NCBI GenBank assembly: GCA_026397205.1
Contig: JAPLVH010000006.1
Location: 13,392-77,391, forward strand
From: Candidatus Berkelbacteria bacterium
GTDB taxonomy: Bacteria > Patescibacteriota > UBA1384 > XYA2-FULL-43-10 > CAINNR01
Length of the DNA stretch: 64,000 bases
Direction: 5' to 3'
The notes under the pieces are model-generated. The model was not told the origin of the DNA, ran no database searches, and worked only from the letters and a program-made list of their open reading frames with translations. Of the stretch, positions 1 through 8,296 are shown piece by piece. Made by a program: the position numbers and the translations under genes. The first letter of the stretch is position 1, and every line of letters starts with the position of its first letter.

Positions 1-2
1 CT

Positions 3-1292
3 TTTGATGATATTCACCATTTCTTGAAAAAAAATGGCGTCTATTACTGGTTATCGGAAAATTCCGACGCCGTCGGTGGCGGCGGCGATTATTATTCTCG
101 AACCGGCTCGCAAACCGACAGCACTTTTGTCATCAAATCGCTCCAGCTCGACAAAACCTTTACCAAGGGCTCGACAAATATGATTCAACAGACAACCGAT
201 TCTCACAACGATACTTTTGTCGTGGATACGACTGTCGGGACGAAAGTTGACGAAACAAAGTGGGGCGATCTCTATCTCTGGCAAAGCACAGAGATTACCA
301 AGTCGGTCGGCAACGCCAAGGTTGCGCTTTACTACATTCTCCGCAATGACGGAATTAGAATGATTTATTGGCCCGATCCAAGCTTTCGCGGTGATGACGG
401 CTCGCTGAACGCCGATTGGACAAACTCCGCCGGCCAGAGCGACAAGTTTTCCCAAATTTCCGTTTCCGGTTGCGGCGCAGTTGGTGGCACTTTTCCCTTG
501 ATTATTGACAACGCTTCTTTGCAGAGCAAAATCCAAATCGGCACCGCTGGAAATACCGGAATTTACACCTTTCCCTCAACTTCGACGATGGTTGATTTTG
601 GTTATCAAGTTTATTTGATGGATTTAAACCCGACCAAAGTTTCAAAGGAGACATTTGCTGGAAATCTCGGCATCATCGCGATTCAGGATGGCTATGGCAA
701 CTGGGCGGCATTTTTGAATGAGAATTATCGGCCACAGGCCGAGTGCGGCAAACCAGTAATTTATCTTTATCCGACAAAAAGGGAAAATGTTTCGGTCAAA
801 GTTGGTGCCGACATTAGAAAATCCGATCCGATCTATAACGGTGGCTGGAATGTTTTGGCCGATCCGACCGGCTCTCTAAATATCGCTGGCAAAATTTACG
901 ATTCGCTTTTTTGGGAAGGCACCGGCTGGGGAAAATATCCGGAGATAACTTCCGGCACGGTTGTAAAATCATCGGAGGTTTCGGCAACAATTTCAAATCA
1001 ATTATCATCAATGGGATTAAACAACAAAGAAATTTCTGATTTCAAAGATTTCTGGTTACCGAAGATGCCGGCAACACCGTATGTCCGGCTGACTTGGCTG
1101 ACAAATAACCAGATGAATATTTTGGCACCGCTCGCCGTGTCGCCGAAACCGGATTCGGAAATTCGGGTTTTCCTTGATTTTGAAGGACTCTCATCGCCGA
1201 TAAATATCACCCAACAAATTTTGCCAAAATACCAGCGCAGTGGATTTACTTTGGTTGAGTGGGGCGGACTTTTAAGAATCAAAAATAATTAA
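3..1292 (+). CDS. 5'-truncated secreted/hypothetical protein with C-terminal KPVIYLYP...VEWGG domain
   Basis: Frame is open from the window start; the conserved hypothetical motifs CGKPVIYLYP, LFWEG, IRVF and VEWGG are present. Confidence 0.75.
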   Translation, partial: FDDIHHFLKKNGVYYWLSENSDAVGGGGDYYSRTGSQTDSTFVIKSLQLDKTFTKGSTNMIQQTTDSHNDTFVVDTTVGTKVDETKWGDLYLWQSTEITKSVGNAKVALYYILRNDGIRMIYWPDPSFRGDDGSLNADWTNSAGQSDKFSQISVSGCGAVGGTFPLIIDNASLQSKIQIGTAGNTGIYTFPSTSTMVDFGYQVYLMDLNPTKVSKETFAGNLGIIAIQDGYGNWAAFLNENYRPQAECGKPVIYLYPTKRENVSVKVGADIRKSDPIYNGGWNVLADPTGSLNIAGKIYDSLFWEGTGWGKYPEITSGTVVKSSEVSATISNQLSSMGLNNKEISDFKDFWLPKMPATPYVRLTWLTNNQMNILAPLAVSPKPDSEIRVFLDFEGLSSPINITQQILPKYQRSGFTLVEWGGLLRIKNN

Positions 1293-1306
1293 TCGCGGAG
1301 GGTTTT

Positions 1307-1876
1307 ATGAAAACTTGGCTGAAGATTTTGATTACGGTGATTCTGACGACAGCGATTGTTGGCGGTGGGACATACTATTATATGTCTCGAAAAGCGACGA
1401 GGGACAAGAATAACTTGCAGACACAAATTGATGATTTGAATAAGCAGGTCGCGACGCTAAAAACCGCGACAACGGCGGCAACACCGGCGACGGTTGCCGA
1501 TGCTTGGAAAAATTATGCAAACACGACTTACGGTTTTACTTTGACTTTTAATGATTTGTGGAAAGGCGCCACAATCATTTCCGGGACGAAAACTGATCCC
1601 AATGCTGTTGATGAACTTTATCTTTGGGTCCCGACAACCGATAAAACTTGGCAGACAACAAAAGCCGGCTATTGGTATCCAATAATAATTTCTGTCTACA
1701 CGCCGGACAATTGGAACACAGTTCAAAATCAGGCAATCGAAGGTGCACCGACTTTTCTCGGTCAGACCGCAAGTTATGTTTTTGGCTATAATCAGTCGCA
1801 AGCCGACCCGAAAGACGGTGCAGCCATTTTCGCCAACATCACAGCATTAATGAAAACCTTTGTCTTGACGAAGTAA
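1307..1876 (+). CDS. Membrane-anchored hypothetical protein (N-terminal TM, coiled coil, WKxYxNxxYGF domain)
   Basis: 189-aa ORF, GGAGGG SD, hydrophobic N-terminus. Confidence 0.75.
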   Translation: MKTWLKILITVILTTAIVGGGTYYYMSRKATRDKNNLQTQIDDLNKQVATLKTATTAATPATVADAWKNYANTTYGFTLTFNDLWKGATIISGTKTDPNAVDELYLWVPTTDKTWQTTKAGYWYPIIISVYTPDNWNTVQNQAIEGAPTFLGQTASYVFGYNQSQADPKDGAAIFANITALMKTFVLTK

Positions 1877-1889
1877 AAACAGAGTGACG

Positions 1890-1928
1890 AAAAAAATCAA
1901 TCCTATCAAAAGTGGGATTGATTTTTTT
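1890..1928. terminator. Intrinsic (possibly bidirectional) terminator
   Basis: AAAAAAATCAATCC...GGATTGATTTTTTT inverted repeat right after the stop codon. Confidence 0.65.
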
Positions 1929-2041
1929 GATGTCTTCGTTTATCGTTAAGAAGTAGGGAGGCGGCTCTCTGTTTTTCGTCTCATCCATTGTTTTATTTGT
2001 AATTTCGTTCTTGGTATTATTCGTAAATTTGTAGGGACTAA

Positions 2042-3100
2042 ATGAAATCACCGCTTTCTTTCATCTTCAACCGATTTTCCCACGACATTGGGATTGATTT
2101 GGGTACCGCCAACTCTTTGGTTTATGTCTCCGGCCGCGGCATTGTCATCTCCGAGCCGTCGGTTGTCGCCATCAATAAAAAAACCAAGGAGATTTTGGCG
2201 ATCGGCGAAGAAGCCAAGCGGATGGTCGGCCGAACACCGGCCCACATTGTCGCCGTCCGGCCGTTGGTTGACGGCGTCATCTCCAATTTTGAAGTCACTG
2301 AGCAGATGCTCCGATATTATTTTGATAAAGTTCAACGAGAAAAATTTTCCCTTTTTCCACATCCGCGAGTCATCATTGGAATTCCTTACGGCGTAACCGA
2401 AGTAGAAAAACGAGCGGTTGAAGAGGGCGCAATCGCCGCCGGCGCCCGGGAAATTTATCTGATTGAGGAGCCAATCGCCGCGGCGATTGGCGCCCGTCTA
2501 CCGGTTCAGGACCCGGCTGGCTCAATGATTGTTGATATCGGCGGTGGCACGACTGAGGTGGCAATTATGTCGCTCGGCGGAATTGTTTCATCAAGATCTT
2601 TGCGGATTGCTGGCGATGAGATGAATCAAGATATTATTCAATATGCCAGGGACGAATTTAATTTGCTCCTCGGCGAACGAACGGCGGAGGAGATCAAAAT
2701 TAAAGTCGGCGCAGCGATACCGATAAAGGAGAAATTGGAAACACCGATGCGCGGCCGTGATTTGGTCTCCGGTCTACCGAAAGAAATTATCGTTGACTCG
2801 GCGCAAATTAGCCAAGCAATTTCCAAGTCGGTTTCGGCAATAATTGATGCGGTCAAGGTGACAATGGAGGAGTCGCCACCCGAACTTTTGGCTGATATCA
2901 TGGACCGGGGTATCATGCTCGCTGGTGGTGGAGCGCTTTTGCGCGGTCTCGACATACTGATTGCCGCCGAAACCCGGACCATCGTCCACATTGCCGATGA
3001 TCCACTAACCTGCGTCGTTCGTGGCACCGGAATTGTTTTGGAGGATATTGATATGCTTTCTGGAGTGCTGGTGCCAAATAAGTTTAAAAAAAGAATGTGA
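2042..3100 (+). CDS. mreB: Rod shape-determining protein MreB
   Basis: GIDLGTAN, IEEPIAAAIGA, VDIGGGTTE and AGGGALL actin-fold motifs. Confidence 0.97.
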   Translation: MKSPLSFIFNRFSHDIGIDLGTANSLVYVSGRGIVISEPSVVAINKKTKEILAIGEEAKRMVGRTPAHIVAVRPLVDGVISNFEVTEQMLRYYFDKVQREKFSLFPHPRVIIGIPYGVTEVEKRAVEEGAIAAGAREIYLIEEPIAAAIGARLPVQDPAGSMIVDIGGGTTEVAIMSLGGIVSSRSLRIAGDEMNQDIIQYARDEFNLLLGERTAEEIKIKVGAAIPIKEKLETPMRGRDLVSGLPKEIIVDSAQISQAISKSVSAIIDAVKVTMEESPPELLADIMDRGIMLAGGGALLRGLDILIAAETRTIVHIADDPLTCVVRGTGIVLEDIDMLSGVLVPNKFKKRM

Positions 3101-3106
3101 AAAGGA

Positions 3107-3265
3107 AAGCTCTAAATTCTAAATCCTAAGCTCTAAACAAATAAAACCAATGTTAAAAATTTCAAATAAATCCAAAGCTAAAACCGGAAAATTTTTATTT
3201 GACATTATTTGATTTTCATTTGAGTTTTGCATTTATTTGTTTAGAATTTAGAGCTTAGAGTTTAG
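3107..3265. repeat. Palindromic element with inverted 7-bp tandem arms
   Basis: AAGCTCTAAATTCTAAA...CTAAACAAATA on the left is mirrored by TATTTGTTTAGAATTTAGAGCTT on the right. Confidence 0.85.
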
Positions 3266-3276
3266 TGTTTTTCATT

Positions 3277-4077
3277 ATGTCCCCAAAACCCAACTCCTCA
3301 ATTTGTATATTAATCATCCTCGTCCTGACGATCTTTTTTCTCATCCCCTCGACTTTGAATCGCAAAGTTTCCGCCGGCATTTCCAGTTTTTTTCGACCGG
3401 TTTCCCGTTCGCTAGTTCACGCTGGCAAAAAAATTGCCAGCGGATTTTCCTTTATTTCGGAAATTTCCGACCTCCGGTCAAAAAATAATCAGCTGACCGC
3501 CGACTTAATCGCCGCCAAAGTTTACAACTCGAAATTGCAGGAATCAGAGTCAGAAAATGCCGGCCTATTAAAACAGCTCGATTATAAAAACGATAATCAA
3601 AATCAAAATCTGGTTCTGGCCGAGGTTGTCGAGCTCGATCCGACAAATTTTTATGACACAATTTCGATTGATCGCGGTACTGCTGACGGAGTTAAGCCGG
3701 GAATGGCCGTCGTCTCTCTCGGGGTTCTCGTTGGTAAAATTGACCAGGTTTTCCCAACTTCGGCAAAGGTGATTTTGATTACCGGCAAAGATTCGATCGT
3801 TCAGGTGATGCTCGGCGAGTCGAGGACAACCGGAATTCTGCGTGGCGGGATCTCCGGCATGACGCTGGAGGACATTCCGATTGATACTCCGGTTGCCGAC
3901 AACGAAAATATTATTACCTCCGGCCTTGGCGGCTTTCTGCCGAAGGGAATTTTTGTCGGCAATGCCGACAAGGAGATTTCCGGCAAATCGGACATTTTCA
4001 AAACACTAAAAGTCATTTCACCGATTGATTTTTCCAAGTTGGAAAGGGTTTTTGTGGTCATAGAAGGAACGACATAA
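3277..4077 (+). CDS. mreC: Rod shape-determining protein MreC
   Basis: TM plus coiled coil, IDRGTADGVKPGMAVV and ITSGLGGFLPKGI motifs; follows mreB. Confidence 0.93.
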   Translation: MSPKPNSSICILIILVLTIFFLIPSTLNRKVSAGISSFFRPVSRSLVHAGKKIASGFSFISEISDLRSKNNQLTADLIAAKVYNSKLQESESENAGLLKQLDYKNDNQNQNLVLAEVVELDPTNFYDTISIDRGTADGVKPGMAVVSLGVLVGKIDQVFPTSAKVILITGKDSIVQVMLGESRTTGILRGGISGMTLEDIPIDTPVADNENIITSGLGGFLPKGIFVGNADKEISGKSDIFKTLKVISPIDFSKLERVFVVIEGTT

Positions 4078-4081
4078 CTAC

Positions 4082-4109
4082 AAGTTTCTTAAGTGACTTA
4101 AGTGACTTA
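4082..4109. repeat. 9-bp tandem array (CTTAAGTNN)
   Basis: AAGTTTCTT AAGTGACTT AAGTGACTT; sister arrays at 10447, 10872, 13903, 25284 and 58074. Confidence 0.8.
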
Positions 4110-4114
4110 TAATT

Positions 4115-4618
4115 ATGTATCCATTTTTATTTTTCCTTGCCATCTTTTCCACACTACTCCAAACAACTTTGCTGCCATCGCTTTCAATTTACGGCGGAGT
4201 TTTTGAACTTTCACTGATCCTAGCATTGCTACTAATTTTCGGCGGCAATTTCCGCCAAGCGGCATTTTTTTCTTTGGCATCGGCACTTTTTTTGGCCCTT
4301 TTTTCCGGCGAAAGTTTCGGGATATTTTTACTGCCAATAATCGTTGTACTTGCCTGTCTCTATCTTTTTCACTACCGGCGAATCATCACCGGCCCAAGCA
4401 TTTATCTTTCAATCCCCTTTTTTTTCTTTGCTGTTGCCGTCGCCGAGATTGTTGAAATGCTCCTAGCAAAGCAATCGTCGCTGTCGTCGCTCCGACAAAT
4501 CGTCGCCTCCGGAGTTATTTCAACGGTTCTTGGCAGCATTCTCTATTACTTTCAGCGAAAAATCCAGCGATATTTGAATCCGCAAGTCGAACCGATTAGA
4601 GCAATTAATAGGAGCTAG
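4115..4618 (+). CDS. mreD: Rod shape-determining protein MreD (putative)
   Basis: 167-aa multi-TM protein between mreC and PBP2. Confidence 0.75.
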   Translation: MYPFLFFLAIFSTLLQTTLLPSLSIYGGVFELSLILALLLIFGGNFRQAAFFSLASALFLALFSGESFGIFLLPIIVVLACLYLFHYRRIITGPSIYLSIPFFFFAVAVAEIVEMLLAKQSSLSSLRQIVASGVISTVLGSILYYFQRKIQRYLNPQVEPIRAINRS

Positions 4619-4620
4619 CA

Positions 4621-6552
4621 ATGGATTTTTTGGGCAACTTTTCCCGTCTTCCGGGCGACAGAAAAAAGCGCCAAGTCGAAGCAAGCGATGACGCTGATTT
4701 TCAATATCAAGATCTGACGCTTGAAGCCCAGGCAAAAATTTCTGATGAAGAAAATCAGCGAAGGCCGTTTCCGGTTTTGAAACTGATAATTTTCCTTCTT
4801 TTCGCTCTGCTTTTGACCCGGATTTTTTATCTTCAGGTTGTCGGCGCCGAAAAAAATCTCAATTTGGCCGTGGGAAACAGCGTTCGCCCGCGTGCGATAA
4901 TCTCCGGCCGTGGCGTCATCAGTGATGTAAACGGAGTTTGGCTGGCGCGCGATGTCCCGAGTTTTGTCCTTGGCGTTTATCCCTCCGACCTGCCGAAAAA
5001 AACTTCCGACCGCGAAGCCGAATACCAGAAGCTGGCGGCTTTGTCCGGCGTTTCCGCCGACGAGATTCGCCGTCGGGTTGATGCCTCCGGACTAACCTCA
5101 ATTCAATTGGAGATTATCAAGCCCGACCTTGGGCGCGAGGAGTCGCTGATTTTACAGGAGTCAACTTCCGGCATGCCGGGCGTTACCGTCTCCGCTCAAT
5201 CAATGCGCCAATATAAAAACGACTCCGGTTTGGCGGAAATTTTGGGCTACACCGGGCTGATTTCCACCGACGAACTTTCGACCGACCCCAATTATCTGAT
5301 GAACGAATACACCGGCAAGGCCGGACTGGAAAAAAGTTATCAGGGTGATTTGCGCGGGACACCGGGAATCGAAAAAGTCGAGGTTAATTCTCACGGCAAA
5401 GTTGCCCAAACTTTGAGCGATTCGTCAAACAAACTTCCAGTTGCCGGGAATAATTTGACTCTAAATATTGATTACAACTTGCAAAAAGTTATGTCCGACC
5501 AGCTGGCGGCCGGCATCGCCGGCTCGGGCACCGGCTCAACCGCCGGCACCGTTGTCGCGATGAATCCGCAAACCGGCGCTGTTTTGGGTATGGTGTCGCT
5601 CCCAAGTTATGACAATAATATCTTTGCTGGCAAAGTTGATTCAAGTGAATATCAGAAACTTTTAGCTGACCCAAACTTTCCGCTCCTAAATCGGGCAACA
5701 ATGGGAATTTATCCTTCGGGCTCAATAATTAAAATCGTTATGGCCGCCGCCGGCATTGACGCCGGCGTCATCACGCCATCAACAGCGATCGAAACGCCGG
5801 CGGAAATTGACATCGGCGATTACAAATTTCCCGACTGGAAATATCACACCGGCCTGACCGATGTCGAGCGGGCAATCGCCGAATCGAATGATATTTTTTT
5901 CTACGCCGTCGCCGGCGGTTATGACAAAATCAAAGGACTCGGCATTAGATTGATTGATAACTATCTCTCGCTTTTTGGTTTCGGCGAGAAAACCGGCATT
6001 GATCTGCCATCGGAGGCCGCCGGCTTGGTGCCGACGCCGGAGTGGAAGGAAAAAGTTCGCGGCGAACCGTGGTATCTCGGCGACAGCTACCACCTCGGCA
6101 TCGGCCAGGGCGACTTTTTGATCACGCCACTGCAAATGGTTCGGGCGGTTTGCGCCATCGCCAACGGCGGAAAATTAGTTGTGCCAGAGTTAGTAAAAAA
6201 TATCACCGACCAGAGCGAAAAAATTGTCCAAACGATGTCGCCAAAAACCCTGCGACAAAATTTTGTTTCGGCCGAAGCGATTGCAACATCGCAAGCCGGA
6301 ATGCGGCAAGCAGTGACTTCGGCATCCGGCTCCGGCCGACTTTTACAGAATTTACCGGTAACTTCGGCGGCAAAAACCGGCACTGCTCAATTTATGAACA
6401 ACCAAAAAGAGCACGCTTGGTTTGAGGCCTACGCGCCATACGAAAATCCGCAAATTGCCATTGTTGTGATGATTGAAGGCGGCGGCGAAGGTTATACCGC
6501 CGCCGGCCCTGTCGCTGATAATATTTTGCAGTACTATTTTTCCCAAAGGTAA
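4621..6552 (+). CDS. mrdA: Penicillin-binding protein 2
   Basis: SIIK (SxxK), SND and KTGT motifs; PBP dimerisation domain; mreBCD synteny. Confidence 0.95.
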   Translation: MDFLGNFSRLPGDRKKRQVEASDDADFQYQDLTLEAQAKISDEENQRRPFPVLKLIIFLLFALLLTRIFYLQVVGAEKNLNLAVGNSVRPRAIISGRGVISDVNGVWLARDVPSFVLGVYPSDLPKKTSDREAEYQKLAALSGVSADEIRRRVDASGLTSIQLEIIKPDLGREESLILQESTSGMPGVTVSAQSMRQYKNDSGLAEILGYTGLISTDELSTDPNYLMNEYTGKAGLEKSYQGDLRGTPGIEKVEVNSHGKVAQTLSDSSNKLPVAGNNLTLNIDYNLQKVMSDQLAAGIAGSGTGSTAGTVVAMNPQTGAVLGMVSLPSYDNNIFAGKVDSSEYQKLLADPNFPLLNRATMGIYPSGSIIKIVMAAAGIDAGVITPSTAIETPAEIDIGDYKFPDWKYHTGLTDVERAIAESNDIFFYAVAGGYDKIKGLGIRLIDNYLSLFGFGEKTGIDLPSEAAGLVPTPEWKEKVRGEPWYLGDSYHLGIGQGDFLITPLQMVRAVCAIANGGKLVVPELVKNITDQSEKIVQTMSPKTLRQNFVSAEAIATSQAGMRQAVTSASGSGRLLQNLPVTSAAKTGTAQFMNNQKEHAWFEAYAPYENPQIAIVVMIEGGGEGYTAAGPVADNILQYYFSQR

Positions 6553-6557
6553 TTTTA

Positions 6558-6601
6558 TGTCATTGCGAGAAGTCAAGCAGTCGGCAAACGACGAAGCAAT
6601 C
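6558..6601 (+). repeat. REP-like element, left half (GTCATTGCGAG...CGAAGCAATC)
   Basis: Matches the full palindromic copies at 19081 and 21602. Confidence 0.75.
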
Positions 6602-6778
6602 TTGTTTTTGTCTGGCGGTTTTATTCCCTCCGACGCTCTGATCGGAATCCCAACATTCGCCGGCTGGCGAATCGTCGGGGCGTGTCAAAATCCATGTGCT
6701 TGCATTTTTTCCTTGACTTTTATTTCGCCATTTGATAAATTGATTTTGTTGTTCCAATCCGAAGGGAGCTGGTTGAAG

Positions 6779-7087
6779 ATGCCGGCACGAAAAGTCAGAG
6801 TCAAAAAATAAAAGTCACCGGAGGATTCGACACCGAATTCGTTCAAGAACCGGCCAAAGGCCGAAGGTTCGTATCTTTGGCTAAAAATTCTATTGGCGAT
6901 ATTGATTATTTCATTTGTTGTCGGAGTTTTGGCCGCGATTTATTATGCCGTGATTGCACCACAAAACGCGGCGAGAAATTTCCGTGAAAATCAAAAAACA
7001 ACTTCGAGTTTGTATACTCCCTCTCCGGCCGAAACTGGTCGGAATTTTTGTCTCAAATTTTGGCAAGAAAAACCGGGGAATTTTTAA
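6779..7087 (+). pseudogene. Small membrane protein gene interrupted by an in-frame TAA at 6809
   Basis: GGGAG SD plus ATG 6779; a single TAA is followed by an open frame into the TM segment of ORF 6893-7087. Confidence 0.5.
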
Positions 7088-7182
7088 GCTCCAGCTTAAA
7101 AATTCCCCAAAATGCTTTTTATTTTCTGAATTTCGTGCTTATAATTCGGGAAAAATTAAGCTCCAGCTTATTTTTTCCCGAA
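7075..7182. terminator. Twin hairpins with identical TAAGC-TCCA-GCTTA apex between convergent small genes
   Basis: GGGGAATTTTTAAGC/GCTTAAAAATTCCCC (7075-7108) and TTCGGGAAAAATTAAGC/GCTTATTTTTTCCCGAA (7145-7182). Confidence 0.55.
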
Positions 7183-7202
7183 AACAAATTCCAGAAAAAA
7201 AA

Positions 7203-7394
7203 TCAAGCCCGGGATTTGGGCTTGTGGGTTTGGGATTTTCGCGTTTTTGGTTTTGAATCCGGATCTGGATGCGTCATTGCGGAACGAATTTGAGTCATTC
7301 GAGCAATTGCTGATTCGTCAAGTTTCATTGCGTCTGAAGGAATTCTTCTGCCAAGGGGAATAACAATAACGGGACCGTCATTTTTCTTCCTCAT
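7203..7394 (-). CDS. Small ORFan protein (63 aa)
   Basis: Strong GGAGGTG SD upstream of the ATG. Confidence 0.5.
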   Translation of the reverse strand: MRKKNDGPVIVIPLGRRIPSDAMKLDESAIARMTQIRSAMTHPDPDSKPKTRKSQTHKPKSRA

Positions 7395-7428
7395 TTCGGT
7401 GACACCTCCATAATTTCAGTATAACCTC

Positions 7429-7457
7429 TTGACAAGATTTTTTCAATCGGCTAAAAT
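7429..7457 (+). promoter_or_regulatory. Sigma70 promoter of greA
   Basis: TTGACA-N17-TAAAAT. Confidence 0.65.
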
Positions 7458-7549
7458 TACAATATAGTTTAAAAATTAAAAACTGGGCTAGGACATATCC
7501 TCTAAAAAGGGATTTATTTTTTTAGAGCCCGATCAATTAGGGAGAAATT

Positions 7550-8011
7550 ATGATCGAGGAAATTATTCTGACGGCTAGTGGTCGAGCAAAACTTGAAGCC
7601 GAACTAACGAAACTCAAAAATGAGGATTTGAAGGAAGTTGCCGAGCAAATTAAATCCGCCCGGGAACTTGGTGATCTTTCGGAAAATGCCGATTATCATC
7701 AGGCGCGTGAAAAGCAGGCATTTGTTGCCGGCCGAATTGAGGAGATCGAGTGGAAACTTTCGCACGCCCGAATGGCAGAAAAATCAAACGGTTGTAATGT
7801 CGTCGCCATCGGTTGCCGAGCGGTTTTGAAGTCAAGTGACGGAAACGAAAATTATGAAATTGTTGGCGCCACTGAAGCCGATCCAGCAGTTGGAAAAATC
7901 TCCGTTTCCTCGCCGATTGCCAAAGCGATTCTGGGCCACAAAGTCGGCGACAAAGTTGCGGCCGAAACTCCGGTCGGCGAAATTAAATATGAAATTAAAT
8001 CAATAGAATAA
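7550..8011 (+). CDS. greA: Transcription elongation factor GreA
   Basis: GDLSENADY, IVGATEADP and ISVSSPIAKAILG motifs. Confidence 0.97.
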   Translation: MIEEIILTASGRAKLEAELTKLKNEDLKEVAEQIKSARELGDLSENADYHQAREKQAFVAGRIEEIEWKLSHARMAEKSNGCNVVAIGCRAVLKSSDGNENYEIVGATEADPAVGKISVSSPIAKAILGHKVGDKVAAETPVGEIKYEIKSIE

Positions 8012-8044
8012 GCCGATAAGTCGTAAGCTTGTAAGCTGTAAGCA

Positions 8045-8071
8045 AAAAACCATCCGGAAAGGGTGGTTTTT
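8045..8071 (+). terminator. greA intrinsic terminator
   Basis: AAAAACCATCC-GGAAA-GGGTGGTTTTT hairpin. Confidence 0.7.
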
Positions 8072-8091
8072 CGAAAGAAAAAAGACGCGAG

Positions 8092-8229
8092 TTACCGCGT
8101 CAAGGTTCGGGGTCTAGTTGTTGATAGTGGAGAAAGTAAATTGCGATTTTGGTTTCGAAACGCCGGCGGCAAATCCGGAAGCGAATTTCGTTTCATATTT
8201 CGGAAGTTATTGGTGTCTTTCAGCTTCAT
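8092..8229 (-). CDS. Small ORFan peptide (45 aa)
   Basis: CGGAGGG SD 5 nt before the ATG; the stop lies in a GACGCG/CGCGTC hairpin followed by a T-run. Confidence 0.4.
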   Translation of the reverse strand: MKLKDTNNFRNMKRNSLPDLPPAFRNQNRNLLSPLSTTRPRTLTR

Positions 8230-8296
8230 GTCAGCCCTCCGATAGTCAGAATCTATTTTTATCCTAGCAAAAAAATCCTTTTGGGGCAAGAGAAAA

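Noticed and set aside
7485-7530. greA leader attenuator
   Set aside because: Only a weak GGGCT/AGCCC pairing without a following U-tract; insufficient support.
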